Source: an uncultured bacterium
GTDB lineage: Bacteria; Acidobacteriota; Thermoanaerobaculia; Multivoradales; JAHZIX01
Direction of reading: 5' to 3'
DNA length: 64,000 nt
Assembly: GCA_965368975.1 (NCBI GenBank)
Contig: CBDUPA010000010.1
Location: 185,678-249,677 of the forward strand
Of the stretch, positions 1 to 9,400 are shown in pieces; positions within the stretch are counted from its first letter, which is position 1, and each line of letters begins with the position of its first letter. The notes beneath the pieces were generated by a model, which saw nothing but the letters and a program-made list of their open reading frames with translations, did not search any database and was not told the DNA's origin. The position numbers and the translations under genes are program-made.

Positions 1-162
1 CTCTCGACCGGCTTCATCGTCTTCGTCATGTTCGCCTGGCCCTTCATCGACCAGCAGATCCGCCGCCGTACGCGCTATCAGGAAGCCAGCGTGTGGATCG
101 GCATCCTGGCTGTCCTGACACTCATCGGCCTGACCCTATGGGAGGCCATCGCGGCCCACTGA
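1..162 (+). CDS. C-terminal end of a membrane protein, probably cytochrome b (bc-complex type); partial
   Basis: Frame 1 is open to TGA at 160-162 and reads LSTGFIVFVMFAWPFIDQQ...WIGILAVLTLIGLTLWEAIAAH. Two TM helices and a WPFID motif resemble the cytochrome b/subunit IV C-terminus. Confidence 0.55.
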   Translation, partial: LSTGFIVFVMFAWPFIDQQIRRRTRYQEASVWIGILAVLTLIGLTLWEAIAAH

Positions 163-180
163 GGCCCGTGAGGAAAACTC

Positions 181-1818
181 ATGACCCTAGAGCAAAAGCG
201 TTGGATTCTCATTGCCCTGTCCCTGCTGTTTCTAGTCTCGCTGCTGATCGTCCAGAAACTGGAGGTCGAGCGGCGGCTGGCCGAGGCAGGAGTGACGTCT
301 CATGCGGTAGCCGTTCCTGCTTCGTCGCGTCAGTGCGTCGACTGCCACGCTAAGTCGAACCCCGGCATCGCCGACCACTGGCGCGGTAGCCCGCACGCGG
401 TGGCCGGCGTCGCCTGCGTCGAGTGTCACCAAGCCCAGACCGGGGACGCCGATGGCTTCGACCATTACGGAGTGCACATCGCCACCGTCGTGACGCCGCG
501 CGACTGCGCCACCTGCCACGTCGACGTCGGTGCCGAGTTCGAGCGCAGCCATCACGCGGCCGCTGGCAACATCCTGGCCTCGCTGGACAACTTCCTGGCC
601 GAGACGGTCGAGGGCGCGCGCGCGCCGTTCAACCCACACAGTCCGACGCCAGGCATGGTCGTCGACCAGGTCAACGGCTTGGCCAGTGCCTTCTCGGGCT
701 GCCAACAGTGCCACGGCAGCAAGGTCGCGCTGGTCGCCGTCGACGGTGAACCGATCACTGTCGACGACCTGCAGCCGGGACCGGACGGTCAGCCGACCAA
801 CCTCGACGCCGTCGGACGCATCGCACGAGACGACAGTGGACGCCCCCGGTTCCATCCGGGAACCTGGCCCAACACCGGTATCGGCCGGCTCAACCTGGAT
901 GGCTCGCGCGGCTCCTGCAGCGCCTGCCACAGTCGTCACGACTTCTCGCCGCGGCGCGCCCGCCAGCCCGAGAACTGCGGCAAGTGTCACCTGGGTCCGG
1001 ACCATCCACAGAAGGAAATCTACGAAGAATCCAAGCATGGCGTCGCCTATCGTGATCTGCGCGAGCACATGAATTTGGACGCCCCGGACTGGGTGCTGGG
1101 CGAGGACTACAGTCAGGCACCGACCTGCGCCACCTGCCACATGTCCGGCCACAGCCGCAACGGCGGCAAGGTGACCCACGATCCCGGCGAGCGCATCTCG
1201 TGGACCAACCGGCCACCGATCAGCCTGGTCATGGACACCGACGTCAACGGCAGCATCGTCACCAGCCTGGACCCGGCCGAGCGGCAAGCGCTGATCGTAG
1301 ATACAGCCCAGCAGAAGCGTCAGCGCATGAAGGACGTCTGCTCACACTGCCACACGCCGGACTACGTCAACTCCTTCTATCGCCAGTACGACGACCTGGT
1401 GGTGCTGTACAACGAGAAGTTCGCCAAGTCGGGACAGGCGATCATCAACGCGCTCAAGAACGAGGGCCTGCTGACACCGACCCAGTTCGACGAAGAGATC
1501 GAGTGGACCTGGTTCTACCTATGGCATCACGAGGGGCGCAGGGCACGCCACGGTGCCTCGATGATGGCACCGGACTACACCCACTGGCACGGCATGTTCG
1601 AGGTCGCCGAACGCTTCTACATGGAGCTGATTCCACAGGCGCGCGAGCTGATCTCGCACGGACGCGACCACGGTCAGGCCGCTGCTGCGGCGCGCGTCGA
1701 GACGGTGGTCAACGGCATCCTCGCTCGTCCCGAGCACACCTGGTTCGAAGAGGGTGCGGCCGAGCAAATGGCAGCCATTCGGGCCGCCATGGAAGAACGT
1801 TACGGGCAGGGAGACTGA
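181..1818 (+). CDS. Octaheme cytochrome c, hydroxylamine oxidoreductase (HAO) family, probably reductive type
   Basis: N-terminal TM anchor. Eight CxxCH motifs (CVDCH, CVECH, CATCH, CQQCH, CSACH, CGKCH, CATCH, CSHCH). HAO-type motifs CGKCHLGPDH...YEESKHG and GASMMAPDYTHWHG. Confidence 0.85.
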   Translation: MTLEQKRWILIALSLLFLVSLLIVQKLEVERRLAEAGVTSHAVAVPASSRQCVDCHAKSNPGIADHWRGSPHAVAGVACVECHQAQTGDADGFDHYGVHIATVVTPRDCATCHVDVGAEFERSHHAAAGNILASLDNFLAETVEGARAPFNPHSPTPGMVVDQVNGLASAFSGCQQCHGSKVALVAVDGEPITVDDLQPGPDGQPTNLDAVGRIARDDSGRPRFHPGTWPNTGIGRLNLDGSRGSCSACHSRHDFSPRRARQPENCGKCHLGPDHPQKEIYEESKHGVAYRDLREHMNLDAPDWVLGEDYSQAPTCATCHMSGHSRNGGKVTHDPGERISWTNRPPISLVMDTDVNGSIVTSLDPAERQALIVDTAQQKRQRMKDVCSHCHTPDYVNSFYRQYDDLVVLYNEKFAKSGQAIINALKNEGLLTPTQFDEEIEWTWFYLWHHEGRRARHGASMMAPDYTHWHGMFEVAERFYMELIPQARELISHGRDHGQAAAAARVETVVNGILARPEHTWFEEGAAEQMAAIRAAMEERYGQGD

Positions 1819-1827
1819 GGTGAGATC

Positions 1828-4185
1828 ATGAGTATCGATCGACGTAGCTTCCTGAAAGTCTTGGGATCCGCCGTCCCGGTTGCCGCACTCTCGTGCCGCG
1901 ACCAGGAAGAAGTCGAACGGCTGGCAGCGCAAGACGGCAGCGCGCAAATCTCCGGCGACGGCGTCACCTGGGGCAAGGCACCGTGCCGCTACTGCGGTAC
2001 CGGCTGTGGTGTCGAAGTGGCGGTCAAGGACCAACGCGTAGTCGCCGTGCGCGGCGACGAGAAGAGCCCGGTCAACCGCGGCTTGCTGTGCGTCAAGGGC
2101 TATCACTTGCCAGGCTTCCTCTACGGCGAAGACCGCTTGCTCTACCCCATGCGCCGTCTCCCAGGCGGCAAGACCGAGCGCTTGAGCTGGGAGCAGGCCC
2201 TGGACCTGATCGCCGACAAGTTCCAAGGCGCCCTCGACCAGCACGGTCCGGACTCCGTGGCGGTCTACGGCTCCGGCCAGTGGACGGTCTTCGACGGCTA
2301 TGCCGCCCTCAAGTGGGTCAAGGGCGGCATGCGCAGCAACAATCTCGACCCCAATGCCCGCCTGTGTATGGCCAGCGCCGTCATGGGCTTCGTCACACAG
2401 TTCCAGAGCGACGAGCCAATGGGCTGCTACGACGATTTCGAGCATGGTGACGACTTCGTGCTCTGGGGCAACAACATGGCCGAGATGCACCCGGTCCTGT
2501 TCAGCCGCATCCTCGACACGCAGCGCAAGCGCCCGGGCGTGCGCATCATCGACATCGCGACGCGGCGCACACCGACCAGCCAGTACGCGGACCTCTACGT
2601 CGAATTCCGTCCCGGCACCGACCTGGCCCTGGCCAACGGCATCCTGCACTTGCTGATCGCCAATGGCAAAGTCGACCAGGCGTTCGTGCGTGAGAACCTG
2701 GTTTTCCGCCGGGGCATCGAGGATCTCGACGAGATCGGGTACGGCTGCTACGGCGACAACGCCGATCGCTACACCTTCAAGGACCGTGCTGAGGAAGCCT
2801 CCTTCGACGAGTTGAAGGCCTTCCTGGACGACTACACCCCGGCACGCGTGGCCGAGATCAGCGGCGTTCCCGAGGCACAGATCCGTGCCCTGGCCGACCT
2901 GTACGGCGACCGCGGGCGCGGCACCGTCAGCCTTTGGTGCATGGGAGTCAACCAGCACACCCGTGGCACCTGGATGAACAATCTGATCACCGACCTGCAT
3001 CTGGTGACCGGCAAGATCAGCCGTCCGGGGAACAACCCCTTCAGCCTCACGGGTCAGCCCTCGGCCTGCGGCACGGTGCGCGAGGTCGGCACCCTGGCCA
3101 ACCGCCTACCGGCCGACATGGTCGTCAACAAGCCCGAGCACCGTGCCGAAGTGGAGAAGGCCTGGGGCCTCGAACCCGGCAGCCTGAATCCGACTCCCGG
3201 CTACCACGCCGTCGACATGTTCCGGGCCCTCCAACGCGGCGACGTCAAAGCGATGTGGATCCAGACCACCAACCCCTGGGTCAGCCTGCCCAACCTGCAC
3301 CGCTTCGACCGTCAGCCCGGCGACGGTCGCTTCGTCGTCGTCAGCGACATCTACCCGACGCCCACCACCGCCGTCGCCGATCTGGTGCTGCCATCCGCCG
3401 CTTGGGTCGAGCGCGAAGGCGTCTTCGGCAACAGTGAGCGGCGCACACAGCAGTGGAACCAGCTGGTGCCGCCGCCGGGGGAAGCCACGGAAGACGCCTG
3501 GCAGATGATCGAGGTCGCCAAGCGCATGGGCATGGGGCACCTGTTCCCGTGGTCCGAAGACGAGTGGCACGAGAAGATGTGGGAAGAGTACCGGGGCTTC
3601 ACCGTCAACAAGGGCAAGGATCTGGCCACCTACACGCAGCTGCGCGAATCGCGGGGGCTGCGCTGGCCGGTGGTCGATGGCCAGGAAACCCTCTACCGCT
3701 ACGGTGCCGGCTACGACCCCTATGTCGAAAAGGACGAGGGCGTGCACTTCTACAAAGCCAAAGGCTACGGCCAGCGCGCCGCCGTCTGGCTGCGCCCGTA
3801 CCACCCACCAGCCGAAGTGCCCGACGACGAGTACCCCTTCTGGCTGTGCACCGGCCGCATCCTCGAGCACTGGCACACGGGCTCGATGACTCGCCGCGTG
3901 CCGCAGTTGCATCGCGCCGCGCCGGAAGCCTACGCCGAACTCAACCGCGCCGACGCCATTGAGCTCGGCGTCCAGCACGGTGGTCGCATTCGCCTGGTCA
4001 GCCGCCGCGGCTCCATGGAGCTACGCGCCCACATCGACCAGCGTGGCCAGCCCCCCCGTGGCAGCGTCTTCGTGCCGTTCTTCGACGAGAGTCTGAAGAT
4101 CAACGAGCTGACCCTTGACGCCATGGACAACATCAGCAAGGAGCCGGACTACAAGAAGTGCGCCGTCCGGGTAGAAAGAGCATGA
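1828..4185 (+). CDS. napA: Periplasmic nitrate reductase catalytic subunit
   Basis: Tat signal (DRRSFLK), CRYCGTGC 4Fe-4S motif, DPNARLCMASA Mo-ligand region, LTGQPSACGT, C-terminal PDYKKCAV. Confidence 0.93.
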   Translation: MSIDRRSFLKVLGSAVPVAALSCRDQEEVERLAAQDGSAQISGDGVTWGKAPCRYCGTGCGVEVAVKDQRVVAVRGDEKSPVNRGLLCVKGYHLPGFLYGEDRLLYPMRRLPGGKTERLSWEQALDLIADKFQGALDQHGPDSVAVYGSGQWTVFDGYAALKWVKGGMRSNNLDPNARLCMASAVMGFVTQFQSDEPMGCYDDFEHGDDFVLWGNNMAEMHPVLFSRILDTQRKRPGVRIIDIATRRTPTSQYADLYVEFRPGTDLALANGILHLLIANGKVDQAFVRENLVFRRGIEDLDEIGYGCYGDNADRYTFKDRAEEASFDELKAFLDDYTPARVAEISGVPEAQIRALADLYGDRGRGTVSLWCMGVNQHTRGTWMNNLITDLHLVTGKISRPGNNPFSLTGQPSACGTVREVGTLANRLPADMVVNKPEHRAEVEKAWGLEPGSLNPTPGYHAVDMFRALQRGDVKAMWIQTTNPWVSLPNLHRFDRQPGDGRFVVVSDIYPTPTTAVADLVLPSAAWVEREGVFGNSERRTQQWNQLVPPPGEATEDAWQMIEVAKRMGMGHLFPWSEDEWHEKMWEEYRGFTVNKGKDLATYTQLRESRGLRWPVVDGQETLYRYGAGYDPYVEKDEGVHFYKAKGYGQRAAVWLRPYHPPAEVPDDEYPFWLCTGRILEHWHTGSMTRRVPQLHRAAPEAYAELNRADAIELGVQHGGRIRLVSRRGSMELRAHIDQRGQPPRGSVFVPFFDESLKINELTLDAMDNISKEPDYKKCAVRVERA

Positions 4186-4796
4186 AGATCCAGCCGGCGC
4201 GTCGCGTCGTGCTCGTGGTCGCCCTGGCCGGCCTTTTCGGTTGCGACGCCGGCTCCGAATGGGTAGCGGTACCCGGCGGCGACGGAGTCGTCAAGTCGGC
4301 CAGCGACGTGCGCGACGCCCGTCGCGCCTATGACGGAGCACCACCGGTGATCCCGCACGAACCCCTCGGTGCTCCCTGCACCTCCTGCCACAACCAGGAA
4401 GGTCTGGCCGTCGTCGATCTCGGCTACGCCCCGCCGTCGCCCCACGGCCAGACCGCGGGCATGGGCGAGTTCGCGCGCTGCCAGCAATGCCACGTCTTCC
4501 AAGCCGAAGTCGGTCCGTGGCGCGGAAGTCGTTTCGCCAGTCTGCCGGTGCATACGACTCCGCGTGCCGGTACCCGAGCCTATGCCGGTGCCCCCCCCAC
4601 CCTGCCACACCCGGCCTTCGGCCACGAGAACTGCCTGGCCTGCCACAGTGGACCGGCGGCGCGGGAAGAGATCCGCACCACCCACCCGGAGCGTCGACGC
4701 TGCCAGCAGTGTCACGTCCCCCAGGCCTCGACGGCCACCGTCTCCATGACCCCCTTCACCACTGCCGCTGAACCTTCAGGAGCCTCCGCGCTATGA
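4182..4796 (+). CDS. napB: NapB-like cytochrome c with a duplicated domain (4 hemes); probable lipoprotein
   Basis: ATGA overlap with the napA stop. Two repeats of RAYxGAPPxxPH...CxxCH...CQQCHV. Lipobox-like LAGLFGC. Confidence 0.75.
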   Translation: MKIQPARRVVLVVALAGLFGCDAGSEWVAVPGGDGVVKSASDVRDARRAYDGAPPVIPHEPLGAPCTSCHNQEGLAVVDLGYAPPSPHGQTAGMGEFARCQQCHVFQAEVGPWRGSRFASLPVHTTPRAGTRAYAGAPPTLPHPAFGHENCLACHSGPAAREEIRTTHPERRRCQQCHVPQASTATVSMTPFTTAAEPSGASAL

Positions 4797-6019
4797 GCCG
4801 CATCGCTTGCCTCTGCACCCTGCTCTCTGCTTCTCTGCTCCTCGCCCTCCTGCTCCACGCTCCGTCCGCGGCCGCCCAGGACGCTCCGCGCTTCTTCCAG
4901 GACGGCAAGGTCTCCCTCGACCTGCGCTACCGCGTCGAGTCGGTCGACGATGATCGCCAGGCCAAAGACGCCTTCGCCTCCACGTTGCGCACCGCTCTCG
5001 GTCTGCGCAGTGCCGAAGTGAATGGCTTCAGCGTCTACCTGGAAGCCGAGAATGTCACGGCCCTAGGAAATGAAGACGGTTATCGCAATGCTGGTGCCGG
5101 CAGCCTGAACAATGGCGTCAGCGGCCGGCCCGTCGTGGCCGATCCGGAATTGACCGAGGTCAACCAAGCGTACGGCCGCTATCAACGCGAGGGCCTGCAA
5201 CTGACTCTGGGCCGCCAGGAGATCTTGCTCGGCGATCAACGCTATGTCGGCGCGGTCGGCTGGCGTCAGAACCACCAGAGCTTCGACGCTCTACGTCTCG
5301 AGTGGAAGGCCAGTGATCGGTTCCGTCTCGACTACAGCTTCGTCGACAACACCAATCGCATCTTCGGCGACAACAAGCAGATGGCCAGCCACCTGCTCTA
5401 CCTTCCCGTGCAACTGACAGCTGACGTTCAACTCACCGCCTATTCTTTTCTCCTCGACTACGATCGGCCCGCTGACGCGCACCTCTCCACGGCCACCTTC
5501 GGGGCCGAGTTGAGCGGCAAGCTGGCTGCTGGTCAGCTACGTTTCGAGGCCGAGTATGCCAGCCAGCAGGACCACGCCGACAACCCGAATCGCGTGCGGG
5601 CGGACTACCTGAAACTGAGCGCCGGCACATCGCTGGGCTCAGGAACTGGAGGAGTCAACCTCGACGTCGCCTACGAAGTCCTGGAGGGTAGCTTCGAAGA
5701 CGGTCGTTTCCTGACACCCTTGGCGACCTTACACAAGTTCAACGGCTGGGCCGACCTCTTCCTGGTGACACCACCCCAGGGCCTGGAAGACCTCAGCATC
5801 AGTCTGGCCGGTAAGCAGGGACAAGTCGCCTGGAGACTCACCTGGCACGATTTCCAGGCCGAGAGCACCAGCATCGACTACGGCCAGGAAATCGACGTCC
5901 TGCTCACCTACAAAGCGCCATGGGGACAGACCTTCGGCGTCAAGGGAATGTTCTACGACGCCGACGATTTCGCGGCGGACATCGCGAAGGTAGCGGTGTG
6001 GTCAGGGTTCCGGTTCTGA
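4793..6019 (+). CDS. Outer-membrane beta-barrel, alginate export (AlgE-like) family
   Basis: Signal peptide, LRYRVESV, GRQEI...DQRYVGAVGWRQNHQSFD, PLATLHKFNGWAD, terminal Phe. Translationally coupled to napB. Confidence 0.75.
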   Translation: MSRIACLCTLLSASLLLALLLHAPSAAAQDAPRFFQDGKVSLDLRYRVESVDDDRQAKDAFASTLRTALGLRSAEVNGFSVYLEAENVTALGNEDGYRNAGAGSLNNGVSGRPVVADPELTEVNQAYGRYQREGLQLTLGRQEILLGDQRYVGAVGWRQNHQSFDALRLEWKASDRFRLDYSFVDNTNRIFGDNKQMASHLLYLPVQLTADVQLTAYSFLLDYDRPADAHLSTATFGAELSGKLAAGQLRFEAEYASQQDHADNPNRVRADYLKLSAGTSLGSGTGGVNLDVAYEVLEGSFEDGRFLTPLATLHKFNGWADLFLVTPPQGLEDLSISLAGKQGQVAWRLTWHDFQAESTSIDYGQEIDVLLTYKAPWGQTFGVKGMFYDADDFAADIAKVAVWSGFRF

Positions 6020-6210
6020 GGCAGAGCGAGCTCTGACTGATTGGCCGTGCTTTCGTCGAGGTAGAACTTCGGCCTTCCAGCGGCGTACAGAAAGCAGATG
6101 ACTTCGCCGTTGACGTCAACGAAGTACCGGTTGGACCGGGGCTTCGGCCAACGTTGACTACCCTGAGCCTACAAGCTCGACCTTCGACTCACTCTGCTCT
6201 GGAGACCACA

Positions 6211-6381
6211 ATGAAGAAATCCTATCGACACACGCGCAAGAAGCTCAGCCTGCACCGGGAAACGCTGCACGAGCTGGCTTTGATCGAGGTGGAGGGTGGC
6301 ACCGGCACGACCACAACCACCCTGACCCTGACGACCATCTATACCCGTTCGGACATCTTCCCCGAGTGCATTGTGGTCTGA
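6211..6381 (+). CDS. Putative RiPP precursor peptide P1 (56 aa, Thr-rich core)
   Basis: GGAG RBS at 6201-6204. MKKSYRHTRKKLSLHRETLHELALIEVEGG|TGTTTTTLTLTTIYTRSDIFPECIVV. Leader shared with four other ORFs in the window. Confidence 0.75.
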   Translation: MKKSYRHTRKKLSLHRETLHELALIEVEGGTGTTTTTLTLTTIYTRSDIFPECIVV

Positions 6382-6401
6382 AACCTGCCGCTAGAACAGG
6401 A

Positions 6402-6440
6402 AACCCCGCCGAGCAGGAGCCTCGTTTGGCGGGGTTCTCT
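6402..6440. terminator. Intrinsic terminator-like hairpin between convergent P1 and GH13 genes
   Basis: AACCCCGCC(GAGC)...(GTTT)GGCGGGGTT inverted repeat followed by CTCT. Confidence 0.65.
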
Positions 6441-6489
6441 CGTCTGGGACCGAAGGCCTGGTTTTTCAGGCGAGTTCGTGCTTCCGCCG

Positions 6490-9400
6490 TCAGAGTGAGC
6501 CATCCAAGACCTGCAGGGCGTCCGCCAGCTCCAGCACTCGGTAGCCTGAAAGTTGCTCCGCCGCGGCCAAGCCCTCGATAATCGCAGCCGCATGCTGCAA
6601 CTCCGAATCATCCCTTTCCGTCTCGTCTTCGACTGCGGCCAGTTGAACAGCCGCCGTGGCAGCCAACCACCAGAGCAGCTCGGCGAACTCCTCCTGGCCG
6701 AACCAGTCGACCTCATCGAAACGGTTGATGCCGAGGAAGCGGCGGACGTCAGGGTCCTGAAGCCAGATAGCGGCGTCGAAGCTGCGCCACCAACGTGGAC
6801 GACCGGCGAGCAAAGAAACGGCACCAGCCTGGATCTCGGCAGTCTCCGGCGCGACACCGAGGTCGAGCAGAGTGTCACGAACGACGCGATCGAGCAGCCA
6901 CGTGTCGAAGAGCTCGCGGCTGGTCAAGCCACTATCGTCGGGGTCCAAGAGACGTCCTAGCGGATGCAGGACTATCCAAGCAGCCAGAGAAAAACGGCCA
7001 GCGGGCGCCGGAGCAAATCGCAGCAAGGTGTCGAGTGGGGTCTCGGTAGCGCTCCCTTGGGAAATCTTCGCAGAGGATGCTGGTGCACCAAGCACCGGCA
7101 CCGTCGCTGCCGGCTCGTCGCGGTCTGCCATGATCCCAGGCAACGGAGTCCCAGGCGACGGAGTCCCAGGCGACGGAGTCCCGGGTACCGTGTGCTCCGG
7201 CAGAGTGTGCAGACGTCGCAGTAGTGTCAGGATCTCTTCGACCATCGACTCCACCTCGGTGGCCTCTTCCCCGGGCGTCTCAGCGTCGAGCGCTTCAGCG
7301 TCGCGAGTCTGAGCATCACGCGCCTGAACATCTACAGCAGCCTCTGGGACCACCTGCGCAGTAGCGTCGTCCGCTTCTCGCAGTAAACGCCGCACCGCGG
7401 CTAACGCCTGGTTCAGTTCGGTGCGCACCGCCTGGAGTACCTCGACTTCACTCTTCTCTGGCGCCTCTAGAGGACCCAACCACAACCGTCGCAAGGGCTC
7501 CGCGCCCAGCAGGCGGCGCAGCGGCTCCTGCACCGGTGCGGCACGCAGTTCGGCCAACGCGTCGTCCAGACTGGGCACGCCTCGAATACCAATCATCTGC
7601 CAGAGGCGCTGATAGCGGCCGGCGGCGTCATCCGTGACCTCGTGTAGGTCGACCAGGACGCGACGCTCGTAAGGGCCGAGGCGTAGGGAAAAGCCTCGCA
7701 TCACGACTTCGCTACTGGGGCGCAGGTATTCGCGGCCTTCGATCAGATCGCGGGCCAGCAAGAAGCGTCGGCCTGGCCCCTCCACACTTCCGGCTCCGGG
7801 GCGCAACTGCAGCGCTTCGCCGAGCGTCGAGTGCACCAGGACCCCTTCTCCACCGTCCACCTTCGCGCGCCAGGCGACCGAGTGGTGTGCGTACCCTTCG
7901 GTAAACGCCGGTGTGTTGTGCACGAAGACCAGCGCTGCCTCCTCGTCGTAGCGATTGGAGAGCGCATAGACATCTTCGTTCACGCTGCCGTCCGTGCTCT
8001 GGAAATTGTAGAGCCGGAAGTGCGTGACCTCCGCGAAAATCCGGCGCAACAGTAGCAGCGGTACGATCTCATGCTCATGGCGTTCGATCAACTCCGTGTC
8101 GACAGCCTCGTCGTGGTAGGCACGGGCGTACTCCATGCCGTACTTCTCGCGCAGCCCCTCGAACTGGCCATGGCCGAACATCGGTAGTCCGGGCAGAGTC
8201 GCCATCAGCGTGCAGACGCAGAAGTACTTCTCGCTCGTACCGACCTGCACCGCCGCCGGCTCTTCGTCCGGTGTTGTCAAATAGTTGACGAATCGCTTGA
8301 GCACTTCCGGATCGAATTCCAACGTGTTGCGCAGAGTTTGACGGAACTTGGCGTTTTCCTCGTCGCGCAGCATGTGCATGAAGGCACTGTTGTACACCCG
8401 GTGCATGCCCAGCGTGCGCACAAAGTACCCCTCCATCAGCCAGAAGGCCTCGGCCAGCAGCAGGGTGTCCGGCACCTCAGCCGCAACACGGTCGACTACC
8501 TCACGCCAGAACTCCTCTGGGATGCACCGTTGGAAGGCCTCCTCCGAGATGGCATGCTCGGCGCGCGACGGGATCGCCCCTCCCTGACCGGGCTTGGGAT
8601 ACCACAGGCGCTGGATGTGCCGCTTGGCCAAGGTCATGGCGGCGTCGAAGCGGATCACCGAGAAGCGGCGCGCAACATTCAGGATAGTCTGAATCACCGC
8701 TTCGCGGGCGTCCGGGTCGAGGTAGTCCAGCTGGGCAGTATCGTTCCAAGGGATCGAGGTGCCGTCGTTGCCGTGGTAGACGTAGCGCACCTCGTCCGTA
8801 CTGACGTCCCGGCGCTGGAAGACGACCGCAGCGTCGGTACGGTCGAAGTAGTGGTCCTCTAGCCGTACCTCGACGCGTGCATCGTCGCACAGGTCCTCAC
8901 CGGTGAAGCGATAGTTGGGATAGGGACTGTACGGCAGGGACAGGAACCGCTCTGGATGCTTGACGATCCACTCCGAGTCAATACCGGTGTGATTGGGCAC
9001 CATGTCGCACGCCAAGCGGATGCCCAGCGCCTCGGCGCGCCGGCGCAGATCGTCCCAGGCATCATCCCCGCCCAGCGTCTCGGCGACGCGGTAGGACCGT
9101 AGCGAATACGCCGACGATGCCGCCTCTGGGTTGCCACACAGCTGCTTGACTCGCTGCGACGCTGGACTCCGTTCCCAGATCCCGATCAACCACAAAGAGT
9201 TGAAACCACGGCGGGCCAAGCGGTCGAGTTCGGCGTCGGGGATCTGGTCGAGGCGCTCTATGTCGGTGCCGTACTCGACGCTCAGCTGATGCAGCCAGAC
9301 ATACGTGTTCTTGGCCAGCAGCACGACTTCGGGCATCCAGTCTCGATCCTGACTGAAATGCTCCTCGTCGTCGTCCTGGCCAGCGTAGTCATTGACCGGC

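Noticed and set aside
6108-6121. FNR box near the nap operon
   Set aside because: TTGAC-GTCAA lacks the 4-nt spacer of TTGAT-N4-ATCAA and lies downstream of the operon.
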